Below are positions 50,501-63,800 of a DNA stretch of 64,000 bases, in pieces. Origin of the DNA: Ascidiella aspersa (lineage: Eukaryota); NCBI GenBank assembly GCA_963924565.1, contig OZ004609.1, positions 26,102,001-26,166,000 of the forward strand. The letters run 5' to 3'. The translations under genes were made by a program, and so were the position numbers. How positions within the stretch are numbered: position 1 is the first letter of the stretch; each line of letters begins with the position of its first letter. The notes under the pieces were generated by a model. The model was given only the letters and a program-made list of their open reading frames with translations, did not search any database and was not told the origin of the DNA.

Positions 50501-53500
50501 ATATTAAAAAGCAACAAGATGCTACAAACGCCGTAGAGTCGAAAACTTTTCGAGCAGCTGCAGCCCATTATTTAGCCTGAAGATTCAGTCAAGCCAATTT
50601 GCGGTTACGGGAAAGCACTATAGGTTTGTGTCGAAAAGAAATATTCAAGAGTTAAGTATGAAAGACAGCAGCCTCCTGATGGGTTCGTCGTTGACAAATA
50701 AAGTTTTTTCGGCGACATGAACACTTTTGCATTATTTATAAGTGGCAGCATTCATCTGACCAGCAGTCCAAAATCGGCTGCAAATGAATAATCGGACATT
50801 GGTGAAACTCTTCTTCGACCCTTCTCTTCTTGGTTATATTCGTGTTTGTGTGTGGGTTTGGGTAGTTGACCATCTAAAACCCTCAGTAATTATCCACGAA
50901 CTGCAAGTGAGATATGTTCGATGCAACAAATATGTGCAAAACATTAAAACCAGCACTAACTTTAGAGCATCGCCATATGGCCCAGTGTGGCCCTTTCGCG
51001 CAACCGCGTTCTTTGTCCGTTTTCAAAACGCGCGTCTCTCGTACCTGTCTGACCACAAAAGCGTTCCCAGTCCGTGTCCGGACTTCCTATCGACGTCACC
51101 GCCAAACGTATGCACAACGAAGTGAAAGTGAACAACCTCTTGTCAACTTGCCGCTCGAACCGAGCCAACGCGCTCCGCCATTTTGTATTTCTACAGGGGC
51201 GCGCGTGTAACGCTTTCCGGAAAATCGAGAACTAATTCCGGAAGGCCGCAACTCGCCGACGGTTTGTCTAAATCGCTTCGACTACTGTTAATTAATGTAT
51301 CTGAATCTAGCAAATTTACACCCGCTCCTGAAAAGACTGTAATCTGGGTTTCGGCACGCGATGACTAAGTTATCATAAGCGCAAGATTTCCGCCAAGCCT
51401 AACGTGCGACGACCGAAAGCTTGCAAGAAGCGACGTCGGCCGGAAGTTCCTCAAATCCGTGCCAGGGCCAGACGTCGAGTTAATGTGTTTCGAGTTCGGA
51501 GGCGCCGCGGCCAATGTTTGCCGAATCCGAAAGTGTATCCGCGGCTGCCTTTGAAGCCGGGGCGTCGCGAAGGCTTCATCCTGGTGGAGCGAGTGGCTTA
51601 TCAGTCGTTGCACGCGGCGAGGGGCGAGCATGAGCCAGCATTGAGAGGAGAAGCCCGGGTGTAGGCGACCTGCCGGTCGTGTGTGCGCAGCAGGGCGATA
51701 CATTCCAGCGCAAACACGGCTACCGCTCGCATCCGCTCGGGATGCTGAATAAGCCCCTTTATCCGCGCGAGCCTCACAGCACCACACCGGGGCCCCGGGC
51801 CAAGGAATTCGGTCCGGCTTTATCGCGCGGACATGTGTAATAAGTCGGGCGCGTAATTGTTCGGCAAATACGCCTTATCGGTCACCTCCCTCTTTATTTC
51901 GTATCTGTTGCGCCGCGCGCCCACCCGCTCTCTCGTTTTCTCGCTGGCCGCAGCCAAATTGAAAAGTGCTGAAAGAAGCCGCTTGTGCTTGGCAGCTGCC
52001 GAAGCTGCTCGCCGCTTTCGACTGCGCAGGAGACTTTCCTATATATTTGCCTTGTCGCATAATTCGCATTCTCAGTAAGGAATGACACAAGCGCTGACGA
52101 TAGCACGACCGCAGACACGAATTTCATTGGGTGATGCCAACTCGACTTTAGTTTATTTCCCGATTTTCGAAATATCGAAAACAGTGCCTGATTTGCCCCC
52201 GTAATGTAAACCCCTTACTTTCAAACATCTGTTTCCAGGTATGTCAAACGCCACTGATGAGCGACAGTTCAGTCCCTTATCGGATACCTCCCAAATGCAT
52301 TACGTCACTTTTTGGGTCCACCACTGATTCACACGATTATGTAAGGGCTTTTCTAGGAGAAATGATACTTGTAAGGGTCTTACGGCCCCAGCGATTATAC
52401 CATTAGAACTATCGTAAACAAATAAAATGCTTCATCTAGTATTTACCCGGCAACAAAGCTTACAATATAAGTTAAAATGTTAATGCTAAGTCAAGCTGTT
52501 AAGTATATTTCACTTTGTGTTATAGGAATATTATTTGGTTTTATTTGACCCTTTCATTCATACACAATTCCACGTTTTTAAATTATATTCATAATCCAAG
52601 AAAGCGACACTTTACTTAATATACAAAGCTTATTACTCTCTTTTTTCATTACTATTTTAACGACAATTTTTAGGTAACGAAACGGTTTATTTTTATTAAT
52701 GATTTTTACATTTTTTTATCAACAGAAAACAAGCCATTTATACAAAAAAATCACTCAAAACTTTGACAGAACTTTTACTGAAATTAACTGTTTAAGGACA
52801 AACAAAAGTCGAAAAAAAGTTCCCAAAAAATAAATTGTGCACAAAAATGTGATCTTCAACAGTTTAACATACCGCATAAGGCTATAATTGTGCAGTATCC
52901 TACGTCACGAAATAACCAAAGCAAACATCTATTCCATTTTCTGAAATATCACAAAATTGTAGAGTTCGGGGTACATTAGGCTAGGCTAATATCTCACATG
53001 AAACACCTGCTGCAATGACTAAAATTACAAAAACAATAGCACAAATTTTACATATTTTTCTATTAATAATCAATATCATACATAACTAAGAAAACAACTT
53101 TTCTCTATAAGACTAGAACAACTAGAATTTTTTAGCGTTTAAAATAAGATTAGAATTTTATATAAAGCTTTTCCCTTTTCTTAAATGGGATAAGAAATAA
53201 CTACCGAACTAAAACTGAAATTAAACTAAAATCTGATCCAGAATTACCTTTAATTAATTTACAGCAATTTAATAAAATCGCAAAATAATGTTCCGACTGA
53301 AAAACGCCATTGGTCAAACGAGCATATTAGGGCACAATGTACAAATTGGATTAGAATTAGAAATACTCTCACATTGCTCTATTTCGTCTAAGCAGGCAAC
53401 TGGAATTATTTGACCAGTTATTTCACTATAGCATGATTATACGATTAGGTACAGATGGCACAAAAAGCCACATCATATTGTGAAGTCAACATAACATTCA

Positions 53501-53659
53501 CGGGCCCAGTTAAAAATAGCGAATATCCAATGGCATTAAAGTTATAGGGTTCATTTTTACGTGAATTAATGGTAGCTATAGTGTTTGTTTAAAATTATTC
53601 AAATATTAAATTTTACCTTACTTCTATATTTATTTAAACATTTTAGGAAACTATTAACT

Positions 53660-53879
53660 TTGGAACACAATACACGGGTTTCTTTAGTAATTTCAATAAA
53701 AATATAAAAGCCATAATATTTGATAAAAGCGACATTTACAGACGTTTCAGCATTAACTCATGCCATCATCAGTGTAAAAAACAAGTGAAGATAAAAGCGA
53801 TTGCGATAGAGCAATGTGAGAGTATTTCTAATTGCGAAATGTCACTTTTATCAAATATTATGGCTTTTATATTTTTATT
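53660..53879 (-). mobile_element. Small Penelope/retrozyme-like insertion with an internal inverted repeat
   Basis: 13-bp direct repeat gaaactattaact (53647-53659, 53880-53892), 47-bp inverted repeat (53691-53737 vs 53837-53883, 1 mismatch) and an internal hammerhead motif. Confidence 0.6.
53735..53778 (-). ncRNA. Minimal type I hammerhead ribozyme
   Basis: Minus strand UUUACA-CUGAUGA-U-GGCAU-gaguua-AUGCU-GAAAC-GUC/-UGUAAA: 6-bp stem I, 5-bp stem II, intact core, palindromic ACGU stem III. Confidence 0.75.
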
Positions 53880-56800
53880 GAAACTATTAACTGTTCTACA
53901 ATTGTTCTCTGCTGAATTTGCTTGCGATTTGTTTCTCAAATTAAATCGCTCAAACTTATATGGAATGCAAGTGCTTAGGCCATGTACTTATAAGGCAGTG
54001 ACTTAAAAACAACCGTGATCTTTTCCCGTCTAAATATAGTGGCCATATTTAGGTCGGGCCGTTAATTATAGCAGAAGCAAAAACCCTGTTTGTTGCAGTG
54101 TGCGGCGTTCGTGTGGGCGCCACCCCGCTTAACTGCGATGACTGCATGGCACGATGATCGTTATTAAAAAAGGCCGCCATATCTCCGTGTAGCACAAAGC
54201 CGGTCTCTATACGGGCCGCACAGGGCGTGACAAAATGATCGCAGAATTCCATTTCGGGTGCGATCGCAGGCCCATTTCACCTTTCACGACTTGTTAGATC
54301 CCTGTTTGCATCTCAAACTAAATCCGTTAACTCGTGAAATCGTTCGCTTCCAACGTGGAAGGCTTTAAAAATAGATTGATAACATCAATTGCTCTTTCAA
54401 ATGGCAATTCGTGTGGTCCGAAATGTTTTTTTTTTTTTCAACTTTTCACGTAAAACTAATATAAATTTCACATTAAACTCAACCAGTGACGAAAATATTT
54501 TGGCATTGTCCAAGTACTGTTTTCAATATATGGAAACTTTTGTTATTCTGTCAAATACTGTTGCCAGACAAATATAGGATCTATCAAGATTCAATACGCA
54601 CGAGACTTAAGTATATACCGAAAACACAAGTGACATTTAATGCAAAGCACCTCAAAGAACGCAGAGCGAGACAACTTCGGCAAACTCCAAAATGATATTC
54701 AAATCAAACTTTTTATACGTCGCTAAGCAAAGAATTATAATCGTCAGTTCATGTATTCCGCTCCTCCCATGGGAAACTGATTAAGAGGTAGACACTTTTT
54801 AAGACTCATATCAATTTGGTTTCTGGTCGACATTTTACCAACTATCATTTTTGCCAGGCTGTAAGCAACATATTGACAAAAATCCAAAGAGTGCAAAGTG
54901 TGTGGTAGTACAGGCACGTTTTTACCGTACAACTGCCAATATTTAGAACTTTGTCGACGCGTCTGGACGAATTCCGCGGCATTTTCTGTCACGGCCATAT
55001 TAAAACACCGGATTTCACTCGAAAGCGCTTAATAGGTCTTTTGATGTGGCAAATTGCTTGCCCTTGATGGGACAACTGATCACAGGGCTCTTATGTTAAA
55101 CGTGTCGCCATTGACGAAAAGTTCAAACTGCCTCGGTGACCCCAACACTTATAGTTTAAAGCGCCTGTTGTATGACGTTATAATTTGTAATCAGTGATCA
55201 CGTGCCAAAATGCGGGTCGACGCCCTCTTTTGCCGCAAGGAGAAAATGCAATTAGTTAATCGTTCGCGGTCGCGTTTCGGGTTATGAGAAAAGCTAAGCG
55301 CGCTCTCCAAATATTGTTACAACCTTATAGCCTTGCCAGAACCTCGCTTTATGGTAATCGCAGTAGACTTATTTTACTTCCTGATTTTCGTTAAATAGGC
55401 CCCGAAGTGCGGTGTTTATATTTGAATAAATAACAAACGAGTTTATCATCCTATATTAATCTCGTTTGAAGTGAGCATACAACTTTTTCAGACGAGCAAT
55501 CTGCGGGGATTTTCAGAGTTTTGTTAATATACATCAGTTGTTCAACGGGTGTGATATTATAAACGCTTGCTTTGTTTTGCGGTTTCCCTATTAAATAACA
55601 TCCCAACGTCCAAAATACTAATTTGACCAAAGGTGTAATTAACGGGGGTATATTTGTGGAGTCAAGAATGGTATATCATATTTTTCGGTGAAACGCCAAA
55701 GCAACTAACAATGGGATTATATATTCCACATAAAAAGTCAAATGCCCTAATACAAATTTCGGTAACAGTAAAGCGCTATACCACTAACAAATTACTGCTA
55801 TTTTAAATGGCCGTTTCTTTTTTTTCATTTTTATCTTATACCGTAGAAATAAATGGGTGGAAAAAGGCGCCAGAAACTATAAAAAAGTGCGATTAAGCCA
55901 GGGTTTATAAAGGTCGAAAAACCGGTAGTTTTTTCATTTTTTAGCCTCCCTGTCACGATGACGCATCTAATGAACGTAATTACTCTTTTCAATTATAAAG
56001 TTATTACCTACAATTTATTTGAATAAACACCAATAGAACGATCTTAACGACCTTATTATTTGCACTCAAATAGGCGTTGCATAATTATGTAAATACTTGG
56101 AGATACTATATCGGTTGAGAAAGTTATCTCATTTCATTGTCAAAATTACCCTAATAAAACTGTCAAAATACCAAAAGGTTACCAATTCCTTGGCTGAACG
56201 AAAGTTTGCGAACTAACGGGACGAGTACAATCTGACCAAAAAGGACAAAATATAGCACGAAACGAAATTTAGGCGAACGTATTCGTTATGGTACCGACCC
56301 TCGAACTGGCTGCTGGGATAGATGTTGCATCGGTTATTTCATCGTTTGTATGTGCGTTTTTATATCTTTGGTTTATCGTTTGTAGGCCTACGTGTGTTGT
56401 TCTTTTCACTCTTTTTTCTCACTCACGTAGATTTTCCTTTTCTCACTCACGTAACGCTTTTCCATTTTTGCACTTCAAATGTTCACGCTTTATTTCTTAT
56501 CTTATCACGATTTCCGTTGGCACCTCATAATTAGTTATAAATTGGCACACCAGTTTTCATTTCGTTGTGTTATCCGAGCAAACCTATGATGGCTGTCGGG
56601 TTTGGGGAGAGAGCTTGTATAACATTAGGAGCCTTTGTAATTGACGTTTTCTGCCCATTTTTTAGACGCTGGCCGTTTCAGGTATTTCGTTGTTCGACTT
56701 ACAGTTCGCCTATATAAATACAGTTTAAAGACACTTCGTGTAACGCTTGGCATCCGACAGGCCGTTTAGTATAGGGATCGTGCAGTTTGGCGTAAGATAG

Positions 56801-58724
56801 AAACTCGACCAGAATCATCCTGAGGCCACGCGAGTCCCAGGGCCCACGTAATTGCGGCTCGGGCGATTAGCGCGTTTCCAGTTCCGCGAAACTTCAAGGA
56901 GCCGCGCGCCTTAATTTGTTTTGTTTTTCGTCGGTCGTGTCGCTTGACCGTCAGCATTGCGCCAATTGCTGAAAGGTGTGGAGCCGGGGAGAGGCCAATC
57001 ACGGCGCCAGACCCGCCAGATTTGCGTTTGTCCAGCCCAATGCGACGCGACCCCTCGCAAGCTGGCAGTCACGTTGGGTCAAGCACAATAACATGCTGGA
57101 GTGGCGGACTCGTTTTACCGTCACGTTTTTGTTCGCGCCGATATAGTAGCCGTGGACAATCGTGACTTTTAAGGCAATCCAAAGAAAATATTGTAGCCTA
57201 AACGAATCGTGAATTGTTTGAAATATGCGCCCGGTTTCGAGTGGAACGGCATCGCCCTAATGATGACGTAAACTGGGCTTTTTGTGGGCGTTGTTTTTTG
57301 GGGTTTACCTCGAAATCGAGCGCCGCAGTGGCCAGGAGTTTTCGCTGACAGGATTACGAACGGGGAACGCAAATCGGCTTGGGCGCGATTTCAAATTGGT
57401 TTTGCACGCCTTTAATCGCGGAAATCCCGGTATGCCGACTCAGGAGAGCCTTCTTATGGAGAACCGGTAAGGCACCGTCCATAGCTGCTTCTCCGCGTTA
57501 AAAAGCGTGCGCCTTTTCGATCGAGAACCGCCCGTAAGCGATGGGGGCGTCGCGCGCCTGCGACCGTCGCATTCATCACTGCTATCCAATTAACCCGGCG
57601 CGAGACCGCCACGACACCACTTACTTAATTAGGGGACAAACGGCGCGCAGATTAAGCCGGGTAGCGCCGTTTGTTTTAAACCGGTAGGCCCAGGGATCGC
57701 CGGGGCCCGAACCCTACGGCTCCGGGATCGATTCTTTACGATGGCCTTTTGCGAGAAAATCCAGGCAAGAGTTTACGCGATCAATATCGGGAATCGGCCT
57801 CCGCGGTACACTGTTGTTGTTTTTCGGTCTTTCTTCGGGTAAACACGCGCCCGTAATGTATAAACCTCGGCGAAATTGGCGCACTGAGGTTTTCAGAGTA
57901 CAATATCTACGGAATTTGTGACGCTAATAAGCTGACATTTTTTCGAGTACCTTGTTTAGGCTTTAACAATCCAACATCACACTTTTAGCGAAATTTATGG
58001 ATAAAATAATAATCTTCTGCTTCGGCCTATGCTTCTAATCAGGAAGCTCTGCTGTTGATTTCGACTTAAAAAAAGGCGCTTAAAGTCAGCATACCTTTTT
58101 ACCAGCCCAATTTAGAACGGAGTTTTCAAACCGGATATATTTTCTGTATTTTTAGGTTTATGGATCAGGCGACTATGCCAAATAAGCCAACTCTCTTCTG
58201 CCCAGAAGGTCACCGCACGAAGTCAAGAACTGTGGGTCAAACCGTTTGAAAAAGCGCCAGCAGTTGCGACGAGGCGGCGCGAGTTAATGTGACAGCTCGG
58301 AATATACAATGTGTCAGGGGCGCGCCTAATCGCCGCCCGGGCATCGACGAGCCGTGGCAGGCTTGTTTACCTGGGGCTGGCGCGCTTGTTTACGCGAATT
58401 TGGCCTGGGCGACACACAACAATGGCGCCGCGTGCCGCCGCATGCTCGTTAAGACACAATCTTTTATCTTGCCTTTATCGCAATTAACAACCTTCTGATG
58501 GGCCGCTTGCATCTCGCGCTTTTTCGGCTTACGCGTTTAGCGCCACGAAGACTAAAAATAGACCGACGCGCCTCCTAAAAAAGCCGTTGTCTAAAGATGG
58601 CGCAGATAGGTTTGGAACGTGGCGCGATCAGCCTCGGGAATCAACTTTTAGCGGCGGCCGCTTCATATTTCAGCGTAACATGCGAAGCGGTCTTTACTGA
58701 GGGGTCTCCCTGAAAAGGCTAAGC

Positions 58725-58869
58725 CAGTGATTCTCAACCTTTTATGGCTTACCGCACCCTCAAATATAAATATGATTTTTGGCACCCCGACAGGAATTTC
58801 GTTAAGTATTTTACTGAAATGTCACTATAAATGAAACTGGAACAACACAATCAACTTTGAGAACCACTG
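58725..58869. mobile_element. hAT-type MITE A of a tandem pair
   Basis: TIR cagtgattctcaa/ttgagaaccactg; TSD ggctaagc/cgctaagc. Confidence 0.85.
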
Positions 58870-58877
58870 CGCTAAGC

Positions 58878-59092
58878 CAGTGTTTCTTAATCAGGTGAAT
58901 GGTTCACCCCAGGGTGAATACAATTTTTGCGAGGGGTGGGTGAACCGTCAGAAATGGATGATAGCCTGCGAAAAGTCATTTGTGCTGTTATATATAGACG
59001 AGATAGTTTTATCATATCATGAGACAAGGATAATTGAAATCTGGAAATAGATGCTAGAGGTGAACAAAACTAAAAAAGTTCAAGAAGCACTG
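58878..59092. mobile_element. hAT-type MITE B of a tandem pair
   Basis: TIR cagtgtttcttaa/tcaagaagcactg; perfect 8-bp TSD cgctaagc (58870-58877, 59093-59100). Confidence 0.85.
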
Positions 59093-60397
59093 CGCTAAGC
59101 GATGGAACGCGTTGACCCCAAAACGCAGCGCGCCCCGTCGATTGTAATGACACAAATTTGAGCGGCGACATCTGGGATTTCCGCGCGGACACATATAGAT
59201 CCGCATTTCATCGGAAGCCGCGGCGCTTCTGTCCAATTGGCCGTTATGCGTTATGCAGCGGCGGCGGCGGCGCGGCGACTCGCGTATGTTGGTGGCATTC
59301 CGCCCAATAAAACTTGATTCGATTTGTAGATTCCGGTGCCGCTGATCAGCAGCCAGCGCCGGTAAAGAGGCCATACTGATGCTACCGTATGTCGTGGCCG
59401 CCGCTGCCGACTCTATAGATCTGCCAGCCATCGATCGGCACGCACCGAGGCGATTTGTCAAGGCGCTAGAGTTTCATTAAACGTTCAGCGTCACGCAATA
59501 TGCGCGCGCGACGCGAGACGTCCGGACAACTTGGATCGATCGGCTTTCGGTGGCAGATTACTTGCTGGTGTCCGACTGCAGGACGACACTAATTGGAAGA
59601 ACGATTGCGCCTCGTTGAGCGTCTCCTCGTGCTCTATGACTTGAAAGTTTAATCCCGAACGTCTAGCGTTACCTCATGCTTATCCCTTTGACTGCAGTGG
59701 TTCCTAATCCTTTACCTGGAGGTCCTTTTTAATTAAAAAGGGCATAACTGACTTGTAAATACGATATAAATAATGTGGTGTGCGAATCAAAGACCAGTAA
59801 AATAACTTTATAGTGCTTAGTTTAAAATAACAATCGTGTTTGTGTCAAAAGCATTACGCTGTTTTTCGTGATTTGTCTTTGAACACTCTGTTTTGTCCAA
59901 TACTTGATATTTGATTTCTATATTAATTCCCGACATTTTGGACAAAATGTATCGCATTTTAATCCTATACCAAATGACATCATTACTATGCTCCAACAAA
60001 GCAATAAGTAAAGTTAAAACGTTCAAAGACCGTTTTTCGAGCTTATTTGGCCTAAATTTTCTTAAGCGTTGGGAGATTTGTGACCTTCATTTGATAACCT
60101 ATAACATTATATATGATAGGTTTACAAGGTCGCTAGTCAGGGCTGAAATTCCTTTATCAATTTGGCACCGGATTGACATCAATACCACCCTATAGTATCG
60201 GACGAGTGTCGATACTACCACTTGGCATAGGGTATCGGCTCCGATAACCTCGGACATACCTAGTAAGAACTGTCTTGTTTAATAGAGCGAACAATGAGTG
60301 ATAAACTTTGGCGAAAGAATTGTTTGCAATTATTTTGCAATTCTATTTGTGCCTTTTAGTTAATAATCCGGAAGCATAAGGAACTGTAAAGTCAACT

Positions 60398-60878
60398 TGG
60401 ACAACTAGATTTATTTTGGCTTTTTAAAATTAGATTAGAATTAGACCATTTCAGTTTTTACAAATTAGATTAGAATTAGAAGTAGATCATTTTACTTTTC
60501 TCGAATTAGATTAGAATTACCGAATTCTTCAAAAAATAAATTTCCACTACAATTTAACTAGAACTAGCATACATTTAATTATTCACAATCAATCTAATTT
60601 AAATCGCGAATAATTCTAATATGAAAGTGAATGATAAATAAATATGTATGTGCTAATTTGTTACCCTAATTGACAAAGCAATGCTTTTTAGACTGTTGAA
60701 ATTACATACAAGCCGTTCCAAACAAAGAGCTTTAATCCAAATTCTTTGTTTTGACTGAGAGACTAAAATACCGCCGTAAAGTAGAATTTTTGGTAAAATC
60801 CGAATTAGATTAGAATTAGAGAACACGCATTTTGCTTTAATTCATTGAATTAAAAAACTAGAATTATTTAGTTGTCCA
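60398..60878. mobile_element. MITE-like element with AATTAGATTAGAATTAGA sub-repeats
   Basis: Terminal inverted tggacaacta/tagttgtcca; four internal aattagattagaatta copies (60428, 60463, 60504, 60804); a related degraded copy lies at ~53110-53415. Confidence 0.65.
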
Positions 60879-63800
60879 TATCTGCTGTCAAATATGTTAT
60901 GATGGGTTCCTTAAGGGCGAAACGTATGGTAACCAAAGCTCTTACAAAGGAAGATTTTATCAAATTGCATAAACAAATTTAAATAGATATTATCAATAAT
61001 AGGGTAATTTTAAAATAACAAAAATGGCCAAGCTGTCTGTGTCTGGCCTTCGTAGACACGCTTTTGTTAAAGAGTTTGAAGAATACCAGTTTTATGCCTT
61101 ATCCAAAATTTAAAAAGTTTTTTAATCCGTAGCCTTGAAATGTATAGTGTTTTACGTTGTTACCCCCGCTACTGTCATAACCGTTCGGTTGTCAGATACA
61201 GATGGAAAAGAGATGAAAGTAAGAAATATTGGAATTGATAGAATGACAGTGAGTCGCAAAGGTTTCTTTTAATTTTGAAAGAGTGGTCTTTGAAACGATT
61301 TATATCTATATAAAAAAGACTATGCTTAAACAAGACCATTTTGACTTGCAAAGGTGTTAAATTGGTCATATTTTAATTTCCGAAAGCAGGTACACCAATC
61401 GCATTCAAATTTGTAGAATATTGTTCTAACAGGTATGTTTTGCAAAAAGTTTGCCGCTATACCCACATTTATCTTCTTTGTTTTAGTTTGTCGCAAGGTC
61501 GAAAATCGCTCCGTCAAGTCGGACGCTGACGTAAAAGAAAAGCAAACGCAAGTGGGCCTCGAGTGCGCGGCTCCTAGCCATTGTCACGACGCGTTCAAAT
61601 TCTCGCCTTGGCGAACTACGCGCGGCTCAAAAACGGCGGCGCCTGCGCTTTGATGAGCCAAAAACGCCGTCATAGCGCCTTGAAATGAGGCCTGGCAGTC
61701 TCAATCAGGCGACTTTGCGTTTCCCGCGCTTAATTTCTCCGCCAATTATTCGCCTTTGAACCGTCCAGCGCGGCGTCATAATGAAATGCTTGGCGGTCGG
61801 AAGGGCCGGACGAAAACAACGCGGTTAGGTGGGCGTTGTTTTGTGTTGAAGAGAAAAAGTCTACTTTTCCTTGAAATGGCCTCCGAAACTGTGTTCTGAA
61901 AGGGAAATTGGCCCGAAAAGGTTGATTGCTGTCGTGAATCGCGGCCTTTCCAATAAAAAGTGTACCCGGACATCGCTTCAACAGGTTAGCCTGGATATCG
62001 CCAATTCACACCCACAAAAAAACAGCAAAACAGGCCAAATGCAAATTGAAAGTAAATCCATCATAAGCTTAAGCAACCATTTCAGTCGTACGACGAAAAC
62101 GCTCCGTATATATCGCAACTGAAATTCGCCATTTTAAAATATTTTCATTGATTGGTAAATCTCGTCAGGGATTAAATCCCTCGCATCCCGGTGGCACTCA
62201 TAGGTAGACGCCGTCAAAGTGTTGTTTCCCCGTAAGTGGCCCTCCGCCGCTCCGATGACCTAATGAGATCGAGGCCGTCTACTAAGTTTCAGATTAAATC
62301 GAACGGCGGCCCGGCACCGAGCGACAGTAAGAGTTCTTTATGTCAAGTCTGTCGCAGCGCATTAAAGCCCGACCGTGGCCTTGCCAGGCTAACTTGCAGC
62401 GACAGGCGCAATATAGCGCTATCATTAAAACGCACAAAGACTGCAGCCGCTTACAAAACCGATCGAAACGTCAACTTTTTTTTTTTTTTTTTCTATTTCT
62501 ACTCTGATTTAACTGTTCGTATTAGGACCACGAAAATGTTTCACGTTTTGCTTTAAAACATCACCAACTTTTTAGATAAAAATCAAATACACATCGCCTA
62601 TTTAGAATCCAAAAATAAGACAGTTTTCAGTTTAAATTAAGAAAATAAAATTACGAATAAATGCCATTTTTATGCATGTTTTCGTTTTGTTTGATAGATA
62701 TCTGTTTTCAGTGCAGTAACCTGACTATATGTTTTTCGCAGTAAAAGTGGCCTATAAACAACAAAGCATGTAAACGCGTCACATTGTAAAAAGACCTTGT
62801 CTAACTTTTCAAGGCCCTACAGCATTCGACGCAATATGACAAATTCAAGTGTCGGCCACATTTTCGGCCGGGGCAATTCGTCAATCACGAGCAAGTGATT
62901 GCAACGCGAGAGTCCGTCATTTTCCACCGCTTAGTGCTGGCAACAAAATGGCACTGACGTCAAGTAACAGGAGTGCAAACCAACTCAATGCCCTATACGC
63001 CGGTGACAGATTGACCGTACACGTTCGGCAACGGCCATTGCATTGCTTTGCCCAACTTCGACGTTCGCGGCAGCTGCTTCGCTAATGGAGAAACGGCGAG
63101 GCCACAAAACTGTCGTTGGAAAGTCTAAAATACATCATCAGAGGAATAAATTCGAACTAACGATCGTTTACGTTTGCGTTTAACGCAGCGGTAGGAGTCT
63201 GACGAAAAGCATTTTATGAGCAATTATTCTTGCCGACCCAGGGCGTTAAGTGATTCGCCTCCGGCGAGTGGCCATGGACACAGTTTCAGTAATTACACAA
63301 GTTAGGAGTACATGGTGGAATCCGTGAGAAAGTTACTTGGCTAAACCAAACATAACGGGCATAAAACAAGTTCATAGTAGCAAGTTTTTTTTTTATTTAT
63401 ATTATATATCATCACAAAACAGCTTTAATTTCCATAAATTAGTAAGGCCTGAAGACAAAGAACGTTTCGAGTTGGTATTTCTGTTAACTTTAAAATTTGC
63501 CACGGGCTTAGGGGAGGAAAATAGCTCTTCCAACGTTAAAAATACGTCATCGGATAGATTTCATTCCGTATATGTAATCATTCATCGCCACATTACGAGG
63601 TAATGTCATTTGATAACAGACAAGATGATGACGTGGAGACAACATGGCGTTGTACGATTCCCGTTGCATAACTTTATCGATAAAAGGGACGGTTGAATTA
63701 AATGTGATGAATTTACAATACGGACAAAGTCTATAGCTTGTAATGAAAACAGACATCGCCTATTCTGCAACCACTAAAAATAACCACTCAATTGAATCAG

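Noticed and set aside
34418-63756. Numerous 60-140 aa ORFs in the upstream desert
   Set aside because: No recognisable domains, no consistent splice-site chains, and many start at non-ATG codons.
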